Positions 11,318-25,194 of a stretch of 64,000 nt of DNA are shown here, in pieces. The stretch is from Scenedesmus sp. PABB004. Lineage: Eukaryota. Both the position numbers and the translations under genes were made by a program. The stretch covers positions 310,001 to 374,000 of the forward strand of contig JABVCE010000025.1 in NCBI GenBank assembly GCA_014905635.1, read 5' to 3'. The first letter of the stretch is position 1; the number at the start of each line of letters is the position of its first letter. The notes below the pieces were generated by a model that saw only the letters and a program-made list of their open reading frames with translations, was not told where the DNA came from and ran no database searches.

Positions 11318-14300
11318 CTACACGCTCGCGCCGAGGATCATCTCCTGGCTGGACATGAGCTCGCTGTAGAGGCCGCTCGCGGCGAGCAGGCTCTCGTGCG
11401 TCCCGCGCTCCGCAATGCAGCCGTCGCGCATGACCACAATCTGGTCGGCGCGCTGCACCGTGCTCAGGCGGTGCGCGATGACGAGCACGGTGCGCCCCGC
11501 GACGAGGCGCTGGATCGCGCCCTGCGCGCCGCGGCGGCGCAGGGCGCGCGCGGTGCGCGCGGCGGGGACGTCGCGGCGTCGGCCACAGAGCGGGCGCGGC
11601 GGGACGCGGCGGACGCGGCGCCCGGCCCTTCACCCGCCCCCAGCTGCGTGCGCGGCGCGGGCACCCCCGGCCGCCGCCGCCGCGCCCTCTCGCCGCCCCG
11701 CCGCGCGCACCTGCACCAGCTTTTCGGACACCGCGTCGAGCGCGCTGGTGGCCTCGTCGAGGATGATGATGGGCGAGTCCTTCAGCAGCGCGCGCGCGAT
11801 CGCGATGCGCTGGCGCTGCCCGCCTGCGCGGCGCGGGGGCCGCCGGCGGCGGTCGGCGGCGGTCGGCGGCGGGCGCGGGGCGCGGCGCGGCGGGAGCGCT
11901 GGCAGCGCCCCGCAGCGAGCGGCCGGCGGCGCCGCCGCGCACCCGAGAGCAGCGTGCCGCGGTCGCCCACGAGCGTGGCGTAGCCGTCCGGCAGCTGGGT
12001 GATGAACTCGTGCGCGTTGGCCGCCTCGGCGGCGGCGCGGATCTCGGCCGCGCTGCAGCGCCCGAAGCGCCCGTACGCGATGTTGTCGGCGATGCTGCCG
12101 CTGAAGAGCACCGGCTCCTGGCTCACCATCGCGACCGCGCGCGCCCACTCGCCGCGCGTGAAGCTCGCCGCCGCGCGGCCGCCAAGGCGGATCGCGCCGA
12201 CCTGCGGCGCCGCCGGCGGCCGAGCGCGCGGGGCGTGGGCAGACGGCTGCGAGACGGCGCCGCGCGGCGCCGGCCGCCGTTGCCCCGCGCGCCGCCGTGC
12301 CCAGCGCCCAGCGGATGCGTGCGCGCCTGGGGCTCGTAGAAGCGCGACAGCAGCGCGGCGACGGTTGACTTGCCGGCGCCGCTGCGCCCGACCAGCGCGG
12401 TGACGGTGCCGTGCTTGAGCAGCAGGTTGACGTCACGCAGCACTGCGCGTGGCACGCGCGGCGGCCGCGGGCGGCATGTCGGCGTGCGTGGCCGGCAGCA
12501 AGGGCGCGCAGCGCAGCGCCTCCACCGCAGCCCGCCGCAGCCCGCCGCGCCGCGCCGCGCCGCGGGGGCGCACCCGCCATCTCCTTTCGCACTGGGTAGC
12601 TGAACGAGACCGCGACCAGCTCCAGGTCGCCCGTGCGCGCGGCCGAGACGGCCGCCTCGCCGGCCTTGTCGGCGTAGGGCTCGTTCACGGGCTCGGCGCC
12701 GTTGGCCACCTCCCACCACGCGCCCGGCGGCAGCGCGCCGTACATGCTGGGGTCGGGGTCGGACGTCTGCACGAGGCGGCGCACGCGGTCAAACGCGCCG
12801 CTCGCGCGCCTGCGGGCGGCGGGGCGGCGCGCGGAGAGGGGCGGGCGCGGCGCGCGGCGTGAGCGCGCACGGGCGGCGGCCGGTCGCGCGGGCGCGGCGC
12901 GCGGGCGGGCGGGCGGGCGGGCGGACGCACGCACCGCAGCTCTGAGAGCGTGTTGACCGCGCCCTGCGTCGCGTACATGAGGGAGAAGGTGAACCCGATG
13001 CCGCTGACGAGCACGCCGACGGGCATGACGCCGCGCGAGACGAGCCAGCCGCCCCAGGCGTAGAGCATGAGGAGGCTGGCGTGGATGGCGAGGCGGTTGG
13101 TCGCCTCGAAGCTCGCCTTGGCGCGGCCGAACTGGCGCCCCGCCGCAAAGCTTGCGACGACCTCGGCCTGGAAGCGCTCGCGCTCGAGCGCCTCGCCCGC
13201 GAAGCTGCGCACGGTGCGCATGTTCTGGAATGCCTGGTACGCGACGCCCGCCATGCGCTGCAGCGCGGCGCTCTGCGCCGCCTCGACCGGCCTCGTGCTG
13301 CGGCGGTAGAGCGCCGCGGCGGCCGCGGTGACGACGATGACGACCGACACGACCGGCGCGAGGCGCCAGCTGAGGCAGAAGAGGACAACCACCGCGCCCG
13401 CGGCCTCCAGGAACGCGCGCGGGCCGCGGTCGCGCGAGCAGTTGCTGCGGCGCGGGCGGGGCGGCGCGGCGCGGGCGGGCGGGCGGGCGCGCAGGTGGGC
13501 GGCGCGGGTCGGTCCCGCCTGCGGCTGCGGCGGCCGCGGCTGCGGCGGCCGCGGCGGCGGCGGCGGCGGGCGCCGAGCGCAGCTGTGCCCCCTGCTGCCC
13601 GTTGCCCGCTCAACCGCTGCCCCCTGCTGGCCGCTGGCCGCGCCGCACTTGAAGATGAAGGTTCGGATCGTGTCCAGCTCCACGCTGATGAGTCCCTGCA
13701 GCGCCGTCGCGCTGTGGCGGTCGAAGAACTCAATCTTCTGCATCAGCAGCGTGCGGAACAGCTCCATGCGCAGCGTCGCCAGCACCTTCTCGCCCGCTGC
13801 GCGGCCGCGGGCGGTGGCGGGGCGGCGGCCCGCGGCGTTGGACGGCGCGCGCAGGGCCGCGCCGCGCTGCTGCACGCCGCCGCGCGCTGCGCGGAGCGGC
13901 CGGCGCGGCGGGGGCGGGCCCGCGCCGTCGGCGCGGCGGCGGCCGGCGCCGGCGGCGGCGCACCGGCGATGATGTTGACCATGTACACGCGCGTGAGCAG
14001 CGGCTCCAGCAGGTAGCCCACCAGCAGCACGCTGAAGACCTTGGCGTAGCGCTCCATGGGGTGCTGCTGCACGAGGTGCTCGAACAGCATGCCCGACAGC
14101 ACCGGCGCCATGAGGTTGCTCGCCGTGCACAGCACGACGCTCACGCCCGCGGCGAGCAGGTGCTGCTTGTGCTGCAGCAGGATGCCCATGATGTACTCGT
14201 TGTCCAGCGGCGCGCGCCGCGGCGGCGTGTAGCTCCTGCGCGTCGCGGCGCCGCGGCGGCACGAGGCAGCAGGTGCGCGTCGGCAGCGGGGCGCGCCGCG

Positions 14301-14576
14301 GCGGCGTGCGGCGCCGCACGTGCCTGCCGGCGCGCGGGCGGGGGTCGCGGGCGCTCACCACTCTGGAGCCGCCTTGGCACCCACCACCGGCACCGCTGCT
14401 GCGAGCTTGTCCATACTTGATGAACCATCAAGGCCTGCTGCTCCCGCCTCGCACACCGGCCGCCCGGCGCGGCGCTGCCGCCTGCAGGCGGCAGGTCTGC
14501 TTCTACAGAGACGAACCAGCGCGGGCGCACGCGCCCCTGCGCGCCATGCGGGCGCCCCGAGCTGCTGCTGCTGCAT
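11318..14576 (-). CDS. ABCB half-transporter, ABCB28/NAP8-like (TMD plus NBD, transit-peptide-like N-terminus)
   Basis: TMD exons ([19 protein letters not shown]), Walker [11 protein letters not shown]-loop VSQEPVLF, signature [16 protein letters not shown], Walker [13 protein letters not shown] and [11 protein letters not shown] at 11318-11320. Confidence 0.9.
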
Positions 14577-14874
14577 CGCGTCCGGGATTCGCCCCGCCAG
14601 GCGGCGGTCGCGGGGGCGGCGTCACGGCCGAGAGCAGCAACGCATGCGCCGCCCGAGAACGCGGAGATCGACGAGATCGGCGCCGCCGCCGCTGCCCCCG
14701 CCGCTGCTGCCGGAGTCGCACGGCCTCTGCGCCCGACGCCGGCGAGGGGAGCGCGTTGCAGGGCTCTTGCAGTCACAGTGCATGCGATCAAATGCCAATG
14801 AAGCTGCCACCGTCGCCGAATCACGCTCAACCCCACGCCCGCTCAACCGCCCTCGTCACAACGCGCGCGCGCCG

Positions 14875-17800
14875 CTAGCGGCTCCCCGACGCAGGCGTGA
14901 GCGCGCTGAGCAGGGTGTCGTGCAGGCCGCGCATCTGCAGCGCCGCCGCGCGCGCGGCGTGCAGCTGCGCGCCCGCCTTCTCCGCCTCGGCGCGGTGCCG
15001 GTCCGCGTCGTCGCGCGCCTTGTCGGCCTGCGCGGCGAGCGCCGCCCTCTCGCTCACCAGCGCGGCGTGCGTCTGGCGCACCGCCTCCAGCTGCTGGCTG
15101 GTGTGGTCCAGCGTCTGCTGCGCGCTGTGCACGCGGCGCTGCGACTCGGCGAGCTCCTGCTTGAGGCTCTCGGCGCGCGCCGCCGCCTCGGCCGCCTGGC
15201 GCGCGCGCTCCTGCAGCTGCGCGTCGCGCGCCGCCGCCTCGGCGTGCAGCTGCGTCGTCGCGGCGTCGTGCTTGCGCCGCTCCTCGGCCATCTGGTCGTT
15301 CAGCCTGGGCGCGGTGGGCGGCGGGCGGCGGGCCGGGCGGCGGGTCGGGGCGCGGCACGCTGGGAGCTCGGGAGCCCCGAGCGGAGCCCTACGCCGCGGC
15401 CGTCAGCGCACGCCCCGCCAGCGCACGCCCGCCGCCCGCCCGCGCCGCGCCGCACCGGCACAGCTCGTTCTTGTTGGCCTCCAGGCACGCGCTCATCTCG
15501 AGCAGTGCCTGCGCCTGGCGCGTGCGCTCCGCCGCGGCGGCCTCGTCCGCGGCGCGGAGCTTGTCGGCGTGGTGGCCGAGCTGCTCCTGCAGGCCGCGCT
15601 TGTCGCGCTCCACCTCGGCCAGCTGCGCCTGGGCGCGCCGCAGGTCGCCCGTGAGCGCCTGCACCTGCGCGCGCGCCGCGTCGCGCTCCGCGCCGGCCTT
15701 GGCCGCCTGCGCCCGCGCGGCGTCGGCGCGCTGCGCGTGCATCGCCGCCTCCTCCTGCTCGCGCTGCTGCCGCACGAGCGCCTGCTCCGCCGCGAGCTTG
15801 TGCCGCATCGCCTCGCCCTGCGCGCCCTGGAGCGCCGCCTCGGCGGCCTGCTTGTCGTGCTTTAGCTCCATCAGCTGACTCCGCAGCTGCCGGTTCTCGC
15901 CCTCCAGGCAGCTCGTCTTGCTGTACTGCTGCTGCAGCAGGCCGCGCACGTGCTCCAGCTCCTGCATCTGCGCGCCGGGCGGCGTCGCGGCGAGCGGGGT
16001 CGGCCGAGGCACGCGGCGAGCGCAGGCGCGGGGCGCGGCGCGGCGCCGCACCTCCGCGTAGCTGGGCGAGGGCGGGCAGCTGCCAGCGGCCTTGGCCGCG
16101 GCGACCGCGGTGTACATCGCCGCTGTGGCCTGCTGCAGCGCCTGGTTGCTCGCGTCCAGGCCGGCCTGCTGCTGCGCCGCCACTGGCGCGGGCGCCTGCT
16201 GCTGCGGCGCGGCTGCCTGCGGCGGCTGCTGCGCCGCCGCCACTGCCGCCTGCACGCCGCCGGAGCCGCCGCCGGAGCCCAGCCCGCCCGCCGACTGGCC
16301 GCCGGAGCGCGAGCGCTTGGCGGTGCGCCAGCCGCCGCCGTCCGGCGCCGCTGCGGCCGTGGCGGTTGAGCCGGCGAGGGCGGACGCGCCGCCGCCGCCC
16401 GCCAGGCCCCGCACGGGTGACCGCCGGTCGGCGGCGCGCTTTGTGCCCCCGCCGCCGCCGGCCGGCGCAGGCAGCGCGGCGGACTGCGGCGCCGCGCCGC
16501 GCCGCGGGCTCGCGCGCGCCGTCTCCAGCAGCCAGCGCTCGTACGCGCCGGGCGCGAGCTGCAGGGTCCAGCAGTCGCGCGCGTACGCACGCCGTGTGGC
16601 GCCGTCGCCGGCGTAGCCACACAGCATCACCACCGAGTCGCCCACGAGCGTCATGCTGTGCGCGCTGCGCGCTGCGGGGCGGGGCGGGCGCGCAGCGGCG
16701 GCGGCGGCGGCACGGGCGTGGGCGCGGCGCGGGCGGCGCGGGTGCCGCAGGGCAGCGCGCCGGCTCGCGCGCCGCGGCCGCACCCGAGGGCACGGGGCCC
16801 TGCTCCGGCGCGGGGCTATCGCACGGGCTCCACACCAGGCTGTGCCCGCCCTGGGCGAGGCAGAGGGAGTGCACGTCGTTCATGCGCTCCTTGCCGCCCG
16901 TGCCCTCGCTCGCGCCGCCGTACACGATCACGCGCCCGCAGTACACCACCGCGCGGTGGCTGCTGCGCGGGCACGGGCCCACGCCGCTGACCGACGGCGC
17001 GACCCTGCCCGGTCCGCCCCCGGCGCCGGGGGCGCAGTCGGTGCCGGCCGCTGGCCGCCGGGCGCCGGCTGCGCTGCGCACGCGCCTGGCGGGGAGCGCG
17101 CCGGCGTGCGGCGCGGCGCAGCACGGCGTGTGAGCAGCAAGCAGCACGCACCAGACGTTGGCGGTGATGTCGTAGACGGCGAGGAGGCTGCCGTCGGCGA
17201 TGACGCCGCGCATGTCGCGGCCGCCAAACACGTACGCGCGGTCGCCGATGACCGCCATGCTGTGGTACGCGCGCGGCGACGGCGGCACGCTCTTGAAGCT
17301 CACCAGGCGCTCGACCTCGTGCCTGCGCGGCGCCGCGGCCGCGGCGCGGCGCGGGCGGGCGGCGCGGGTCGCACGCGGCGCCGCGGCGGCGCGGGCTGCT
17401 GCGTCCGCGGCTGCACGCGCCCGCCCGCGCCCGCGCCGCTGGCGGCGCGCACTTGTTGGTGTGCAGGAGCAGCAGGTCGCAGTTCATGTCGTACGGCTGC
17501 GCCGCCCCCGCCGCGGCCGGCGCGGCGGGCAGCGGCGCGTAGCCGCCCATTATCAGGATGCTGGCCGGCAGCCGCGGGTGCGCCTCGGCGGCGTGCGCGC
17601 AGCGCACCAGCAGCTTGCTCGGGTCGCTGCGTCGGCGCGGCGGCGGAGCGGAGCGGTCGTGTGAACGCGAACGCGCGAGCGCCGCCGGCGCGGCGCTTCG
17701 AGCGGCGGCGCGCTCGCGGCGGGCACGCGTGCGCCGCGGCTCACAGCACGAGGCTGCGGTTCCAGGTGTGCGTGTGGACTTCGAGGCTGAAGACGTCGCC

Positions 17801-18100
17801 GAAGACCTCGTCCACGTCGCTGCCGGCGACAAACCAGATGGTCGACCCGATGAGCGTCGCGGTGTGGTTGGCGCGCGGCTGGAAGGGGCACTTGGGCGCG
17901 GGCTGGCTCCACGTCGCGCTGGCGGTGTCGTAGACGAGGAGGTCGTTGTAGAACCGGCTGCCCTTGCGGCCGCCAAAGACGTAGAGCCGGCCGCCGACCG
18001 CCGTCGCACTGTGCCCCGCGCGTTCGAGCGCGAGCGCCGCCGCGTCGGGGCCCCACGGCACGTGCGCCCAGCGGGGCGCGCCGTCGACGGAGTTGGTCAT
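14875..18100 (-). CDS. Kelch-repeat beta-propeller protein with a long C-terminal coiled coil
   Basis: Kelch repeats RAGHSATAVGGRLYVFGG, PRANHTATLIG, PRAYHSMAVIGDRAYVFGG, PRSSHRAV..VIVYGG and RSAHSMTLVG. Exons at 14875-15970 are heptad-like and A/E/Q/R-rich. Confidence 0.8.
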
Positions 18101-19060
18101 GCTGGTGGGGCTGGGCGGGCTGGAGCCGCGAGCTGCGGGCCGGGCGCGGGGCATCACGCGAAAGACGAGGCCATGCTGCTGCTGCCGCTGTCCGCCGAGC
18201 TCCGGCGTGGGGCGGTCGTCGCCGGCGGCCGGGGGTGTGGCGCGGATCGACGGCAGTCCTGTGGCGAGCGGAGCGCGGCGGGGCTGGGCGGGGCGCGTCG
18301 CGCGGGCTGCTGCGAGCGGGGGCGAGCGAGGGCGCGCTGGAGCTGTGCGCCGCAAGGCGGACGAGACGGCCGGGCGGGTCACGGAGTGGTGGCGAGAGGG
18401 CCCGCGGGGCACGGGAAGCGGGCATGCGCGAGCGGAGGCGACATGTTATGCCGCCTCGCGCTGGGCGCGCTGTGTGCCGCCGCACTGAGCCGCGCGCCTC
18501 CCTTACTCGCCTGCGCCCTCGCAGCAGGAGGCCCCCAACCCCGCCGTCCGTCCCGCCGCCCCTGCCCCGCCGCCGCCCGAAAAATACACGCTGCGGCGCC
18601 GCAACGGCGCCGCTTGCCTGCGACGGCTCGGCCGTCGCCGCCGCCCGCACACCGCCATGCGAGCCCCTACCATGCAACGGCAACAGTGCCAGCCCGGCGC
18701 GGCGCAGCACGGCGCGCTGTCTGCGCGGCACCGCGGCGTCCGCGCGGAGACCGGCGCTGCTGCGCGCCGCTGGGCACGCGGGGCAGCGGCCACGCCGCTG
18801 CCCCGCGGCGGGCCGAGCTGCTCTCCAGCCGGAGCCTGCAGCGCATGCGCGCGCGGGCCTGCTCCGCTCCGCGCGCGCGCCAGCCGGCCGGCCGGCGCCG
18901 CCTCGCGACCGCCCCGCGCGGCGCGCGCCAGCCGCTGCTGGCGCGCGCCGGCGCGCGGCCGCGCGCCTCGCCTCGCCCCTCCCGCGGGCCCGCTGCTGCG
19001 GGCCCCCGCCGCCGCCGCCGCCGCAGCGGCCGCCGGGCCCCCCGGGGTGGGCGGGGGGCC

Positions 19061-19734
19061 TCACTTGGCCATGGGGTGGGAGGAGATGTAGTTGACCGCG
19101 TCCTCGACGCTGAAAATCTTGTCCGCGTCGGCGTCGGGGATCTCCACCGCAAACTCCTCCTCAAACGCCATGACCAGCTCCACCACGTCCAGGCTGTCCA
19201 GGCCCAGGTCCTTCTCAAAGTGCGCGGCCGGCACGACCTGGCGGGGGCAGCGGCAGCAGCGGCGGCGGCAGCAGCGGCGGCGGCAGCAGCGGCGGCGGGC
19301 GCGGCGCGCTCGGCGGCGCGGCGGCGGCCCACTGCGCGCGCCAGGGGGCGCCCCGCGGCGCGGCACGCCCTGGCGGCCCGGGGGCGGGCCGGCGGGGGCC
19401 GGCGGGGCCGGGCGGGGGAACCAGGGCGCCTGGAGTGCGGGTGTGGATCCCCTGCCGCCCCGCGGCGCCCTGGCGCCGCGCATGGGGCCGCGGCGCCGCG
19501 CCGCACCTTGGCGGGGTCGATCTTCTCAAAGTGCTTGGTCACCTCCAGCACGCGGCTGGTCACCTCGTCCTTGTCGAGGTAGCCACCGCCTGCGAAGCCC
19601 CGCGCCAGCGCCAGCGACAGCGCGCCGCCCGCCGCGCGGCCGCTGGTGGAGGCGGCGAACGCCGTCTGCTGCAGGGGCATGCGCACGCTGGCCAGCACGC
19701 CCTGCTTCAGCGCGGCGATGAGGGACGCGGCCAT
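19061..19734 (-). CDS. Mitochondrial acyl carrier protein (NDUFAB1/mtACP)
   Basis: Mitochondrial-type presequence, then [13 protein letters not shown]...[29 protein letters not shown] (phosphopantetheine DSL motif). One intron at about 19238-19506. Confidence 0.95.
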
Positions 19735-20137
19735 CGTGCTGCTCCCAGGGGTGCGCGTGCTCCTGCGCGCGGCTCGGCTGCGGCGGCGGCGCTGGGCTGG
19801 CGGGGCGGAGTGCGTTGGCGGCGCGTGGGTCTGAGGACACGCTGAGGGCGTCGCGGCGCGCCAGGCGCGGGCACAGGCGCATGACAGGCCTGCTCCTGCT
19901 CCCTCCAGGCGCGCCTCCCGTCGACAGCGCCAGTCCGGGCGATCAACCGCCGCTGGGACGTTCCCGGGCCGGCCAGGCCGCCTCGCCAGACCAGGCGCGC
20001 CCGGAAGCAGCAGGCGGGGCCGCCGTCGCGCCAGGCGGCGAGTCGGAGCGATCCCCGGCATGCTCATCACGAGCCACGGCCGGCGGGGCGGCGCCAACTC
20101 CGCGGCGTGAGGCGGGGGGCAGCAGCAGCGCGGCGCG

Positions 20138-21462
20138 ATGGCGGCGCCGGCGCCCCGCTCCGCGCAACCGGGCTCGGTGTCGTCGGCGGCGGAGGCGCTG
20201 TTCGAGACCAAGACCGTGGAGGAGATCAAACAGGCGCGCACCGGCGCGCGGCGCCGCGCGGACGCCGCGGCGCGGCCCGAAACGGCCGCCAACCGCCGCG
20301 CCGCGCTGCTGCCGCCGCGCTGCTGCCGCCGCGCTGCTCCGCCGCAGATCGAGGCGCGCACGCGGCAGGACATCGACGACAAGAACCAGGCGCTGCGCCA
20401 GCTCGTCGGCGACTCCTACAGGCGCGGCGCGGCGCGGGGGGGGGGGGGGGCAGGGCGCGCCGCGCCGCAGCAGCGCGCTCGCGAGCGCGGCAGCGCGGAC
20501 GGCGGCCGCGTCGCCGCCGCGCGCAGGGACCTGATCGAGGGCACGGACAAGGTGATCGACATCTCCACAAAGTGCCACGCCGTGCTGACCAACATCACGG
20601 CGATACAGGAGGGCTTCGGCGCGCTCGCGCGCAGCGTCAGCGCGGCGCCCGGCGGCGCGGAGGGGCGGGACTACGCGCGCAAGCACCAGGAGCTGCACGG
20701 TGCGGTCGGCCGCGGCGCGCCCGCTTGCTGGCGGCGGCGGCGGCGGCGGCCATGTACTCCGCGTGCGGGGCCGCGCCGCGCAGCGCGCGGCCCGACGTGC
20801 CGCGCCCGCGCCCCCCGCGCGCCGCGCGCGCGCAGCCGTGGGCGGGCGCGTCAAGTACCTGATGGACACCCCGGAGGCGCTGTGGGGCTGTCTCGACGCG
20901 GCGCAGCACCTCGAGGCGGCGCGCCGCCTGCTGCGCGCGCACGAGGTGCATGGCGCGCTCGGCGCCGGCTACGCGTCGGACGTGGCCGCCAAGTTCCCGC
21001 TGATCGCACACCAGTGGCCGGTCGTCGTCAAGTTCAGGTGCGGCGCCGCGCCACGCCGCCCCCGCCGCCGCTGCGAGCGGCTGCAGCTGCGCCTGCCCAC
21101 GCCTTGCGTCTGCAGCCGCGCGCTCGGGGGGCGGGCGCGCGCCGACGCGCCGCACGAACCGCCCGCCCGCCGCTTGCTGCGCGCCGCAGGGAGCAGATCC
21201 TGAGCATCGCCGGCGCCACGCTCAGCGGCCAGCCCGAGCTCACCGCCGCGCAGGCGGCCGACGCCGTGGCCGCGCTGGCGATGCTGGAGGGCCTGGGCAG
21301 CGCGGAGGCGCTGTCGCGCTTCCTGGCGGCGCGGCGCGCGTGGGCGCAGCAGCTGCTGGAGCAGGCGGCGGCCGCCGCGGCGGCCGAGCCGGGGCCGGTG
21401 CTGGCGCAGCTGGCGAGCGCGGTGCAGGCGTGCGTCGCGCAGGTCGGCGAGCTCTTTGCTGC

Positions 21463-21501
<39 letters not shown>

Positions 21502-24500
21502 GAGCCTGCTGCAGGCGGCGCTGCAGGAGGACGAGGCGGACGCGAGCGAGCTCTTCTTCGGCAGCTTGGACGCCGCGAGCGAGGGCAGCAACAGCCCCGA
21601 GGCGGTCGCCTGGCGCGCGCGCAGCGCGGCCATCGCGGCGCAGCTGGCGCCGCTGGAGCGCGCCGACGTCGCGGCGGCGTGCGGCGCGTGGCTGTCCGAG
21701 GTCGCGGCCGCCGCGGCGGGTCACGGCGCGCAGCTGCTCGAGCGCTGCGGCAGCGCGCACAGCCTGCTGGAGGCGGAGGCGGCGGTGCTGTCGGCGATCG
21801 CCGACTGGGCGCCGCGGCAGCCGGACGGCGACGGCGCCGCGGGCGAAAAGGACGCCGCGCGCTCCGACGGCGCGGGCAGCGACCAGGCGGCCGGCGGCAG
21901 CCCGCGCGTGAAGCAGCTGGCGCGCGCGGGCTCGAGCGGCGCCGCGCTGGCGAGCGGCAAGGCCGGCGCCGGGCTGCGCCGCGGCACGAGCGCGTGGGAC
22001 GCGACGTGCGAGGCCGTGCTGGGGGAGCGGCTGGACCTGTGGCAGGTGCGCAGCCAGCCCGCGTTGCCGGGGGCTCGCCGCGCCGCGCGCGGCGCACGCG
22101 CCTGCAGGCCGGCCGCGCGGCCCGGGCAGCCGCCCGACCCCCGCCGCCGCCGCCGCCGCCGCCGCGCCGCCGCCGCCGCCGCGCGCAGGTGCTGCTGCAC
22201 GGCCCCTTCATGCGTCGCGCCCAGGGCATCGTGCGCGGCGCGCTGGAGGACGCGTGCGGGTCGCTGCGCGAGCCGCTGCGCGCGGCGCTCGCGGCGGCCG
22301 AGGCGCACGCGCCCGAGGGCGCCGGCGCGCTGGCGCCGGGGTCGTGGCCGAGCATCGCCGGCCACGCGGTGCTGGGCGAGGGCGTCGCGCTCGACCGCAC
22401 CTACTCGCAGCTCGGCGGCCGCACCAGCAGCGGCGCGTGGGGCCAGGGCGGCGGGCGGGCGCTCGCGTACAGCGCGTCCGGCGCGCTCGTGGGCCTGGTC
22501 AGCAGCCTGTCGGCGCTCGGCGCCGCCGCCGCCGACGAGCCCGGGGGTGCGCGCGCGCGAGCGGGGGCCGCGGCAGCCAGCGGCGCGGCGCGGCGCGCGG
22601 CGCGCTCTCGCAGGGGCGCCCGGCTGCTCGGGCGCGGCCTGCCTGCCGCTGACCGCCGCCGCCCCGCCGCCCACGCGTGCGCGTGTGCCGCGCGCAGCCT
22701 TCCGCAACGAGGTGCTCAGCACCGTGCAGCTCTTCGACCGCCGCCTGCACAGCGCGCTGCAGGCCGTGCTGCTGCTCACCGCCGCGGCGGCGGCGGCCGA
22801 CGAAGGCGGCGCCGCGGCCCCGCCGCCCGGGCAGCTCGCCGGCGCCGCATCGCTCGGGCGCGGCGGCAGCACGGCCGCGACACTGGAGCGGGCGGGCAGC
22901 GTGGCGCCGGGCGCGGCGCCGCGCGCCGCCGGCGCCGCAGCCGCGGCGGCGGGCAAGGCGCGCGCGCCGGGGCTGCAGCAGCACGCGCAGACGCAGTGCG
23001 TGGAGCTGGTTCAGGCGCTGGCGGGGCAGCTGCAGGAGCAGCTGGAGCGGCTGCCGGCCGCCGCAGAGGGCGCGGCCGGCGCGCCGGCAGTCGAGCAGGC
23101 GCTGCTGCTGGCGCGCCTGTGCCACGCGCTCGCGACGGGCAGCACCATGCTCCCGGCGCTGCTGGGCGCGCCCGAGGCCTGGCCCGCGGCCGCGCGGGCG
23201 GGCCCCGACGCCGCGCCCGCCGGCGCGGCGGGCGGCGCCAACAGCCTGCCGGCGTCGCTGGCGCAGGGCGTGACGTCGCTGGGCCCCGCCGCCGCGGCGC
23301 TGCTGCGCATGCACCACCCGTCGCTCGTGGCCGGCGCCGGCGGCGCCTCGGCGGCGGCCGCGCAGCTCGCGGCCACGCAGCAGCAGCTGCAGGGCATCGC
23401 GTGCGCCGGCTTTGCGCGCTGGGCGCGCTGGGCGGCGGCCAGCCTCGTGACGGCGCTGGGCGCCGAGCTCGCGGCGGACGAGCTGCTGCGCAGCGCCGCG
23501 ACGCCGCTGTCGTGGGCCGACGTGCGCGTCGAGGGCGACGGGCTCGACGAAGGCGGCGGCGAGCTGCGCTTCGCGCTGCCCGCGTGCCCCTCGCCCGCGG
23601 TGCTGCAGATGCTGAGCCTCGCCTGCTGGGTGCGTGGGCACGCGCGCGGGGCGGTTGCACGGCTGCGCGGCCCGCGAGCTGCGGACGTCGCCTCGCCGGC
23701 GCCGCCCCGCGCGCGTGTGTGTTGCTGTGGCGCGCGCCGACCGCCGCGCGCGCCGCCGCCGCCGCCGCGCCGCGCGCGCGCGCGCCCGCAGGAGACGCGG
23801 CGCGCGGGCGAGCACCACATCAGCACCGACGCGCTGCAGCTCCTGCAGTGGGAGCTGCACGGCGCCGCGCTGGCCGCGCTGCAGCGCCTCGGCGCCGACG
23901 GCGCCGCCAGCGGCGTGAGCGAGAAGGGCGTGCTGCAGCTGCTCTTTGACCAGCGCCTGCTGCGCGACGTGCTCGGCGGCGGCAAGCCCCTCGGCGCCAC
24001 TGCCGCGGCGGCGAGCGCCGCGGCCGCGGGCGCGGCCAACGGCGGCGCCGCGGCCGGGGCGGCGCTCGCGGAGCGCAAGCGCGGTGCGGCAGCGCTGGAG
24101 CAGCAGCTGCAGGTGCGCCGGGCGCTGCGCCGGGCGCTGCGCCGGCGCCCCCTCTCCGCGCGCACGCGCGCGTGCGCGCCCACAGGGCGCCCCGCTCACG
24201 CCCCCCCCCCACACCCACCCACCCTTCCCCAGGAGCGGCTGGACCCCATCGACTGGGCGACCTACGAGCCGCACCTGTGGGCGGGCGTGGCGCGCTACTA
24301 CCACCGCACCAGCGTGCTGCTCGGCGTGCTCGCCCAGCTGCACCGCCCATACGGCGACGCGCCGCCGCGCGGCGGCGCCGGCGGCGCCGGCGGCGAGGCC
24401 AACGCGCTCAACCTGCTGCCCGTGCCGCCGCGCTTCCACTACCTGCCCGTCAGCACGCCCAGCGCGGCGCTGCACGGCGCGGCCGCGAAGCAGCGCGCCG

Positions 24501-24973
24501 CGGCGGCGCTTCCGGGCGGCGGCGGCGCGGGCGCGCCACTCGGCGCGCCTGCGGCGGCGCCGCTGGCGGGGCTCAGCGGCGCGAGCGACCTCGCCGCGCA
24601 GCTCGCGATGTCGGAGCTCGGCGCCACGGCGGCCGCGCGGTCGCAGGGCGGCGCCGACGCGCTCGGCGGCGGCGCCGCCGGCGCCGGCGGCGCGGGGCTG
24701 CAGCTCTCGGCCGACGCCGCGGCGGCCGCGGGCGCGAGCGCGCTGAGCGCGCTGCGCGCCGGCCTGCAGGGCAGCAGCTTCGGCGCGTTTGGCTCCATGC
24801 TCGGCGACCGCGCGGCCGAGGTGACGGCGATGGCGCAGAACTTTGGCGACCTGCTGCCCGGCGGCGGCCTCGGCGGCGGCCTGCTCTCGTCGTTCGCGCG
24901 CCGCGACGGCGCCGGCGCGGGCGGCGCGTCCGGCAGCGGCGGCGGCTCCGGCGGTGGGAGCGGGCGGCGGTGA
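20138..24973 (+). CDS. COG1: Conserved oligomeric Golgi complex subunit 1
   Basis: N-terminal Vps51/COG1 segment AEALFETKTVEEIKQIEARTR...LRQLVGDSYRDLIE and RVKYLMDTPEALWGCLD. C-terminal LPACPS, EKGVLQLLFD, LDPIDWATYEPHLW and PRFHYLPVS. Confidence 0.9.
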
Positions 24974-25194
24974 TCACGCCGGTGCGGCGCGTCGTGTCGT
25001 GATCCGGGCCGGTGACGCAGCGGTTCGGTGGCGCGCCCCGCCGCGCGCAACCGCCGCCGGAGCAGCGCCCGCAGCACCCGCCCCCCAGTTGCCCCACTGC
25101 TCTCCCCTCGGCTCGCTCCTCGGCTCGCCGCTCCAGCACCGCGCCGCGCCCCGCCAGCCCGCCAGGCCGCGGGAGGCGCCATCAGGCGGGCCTG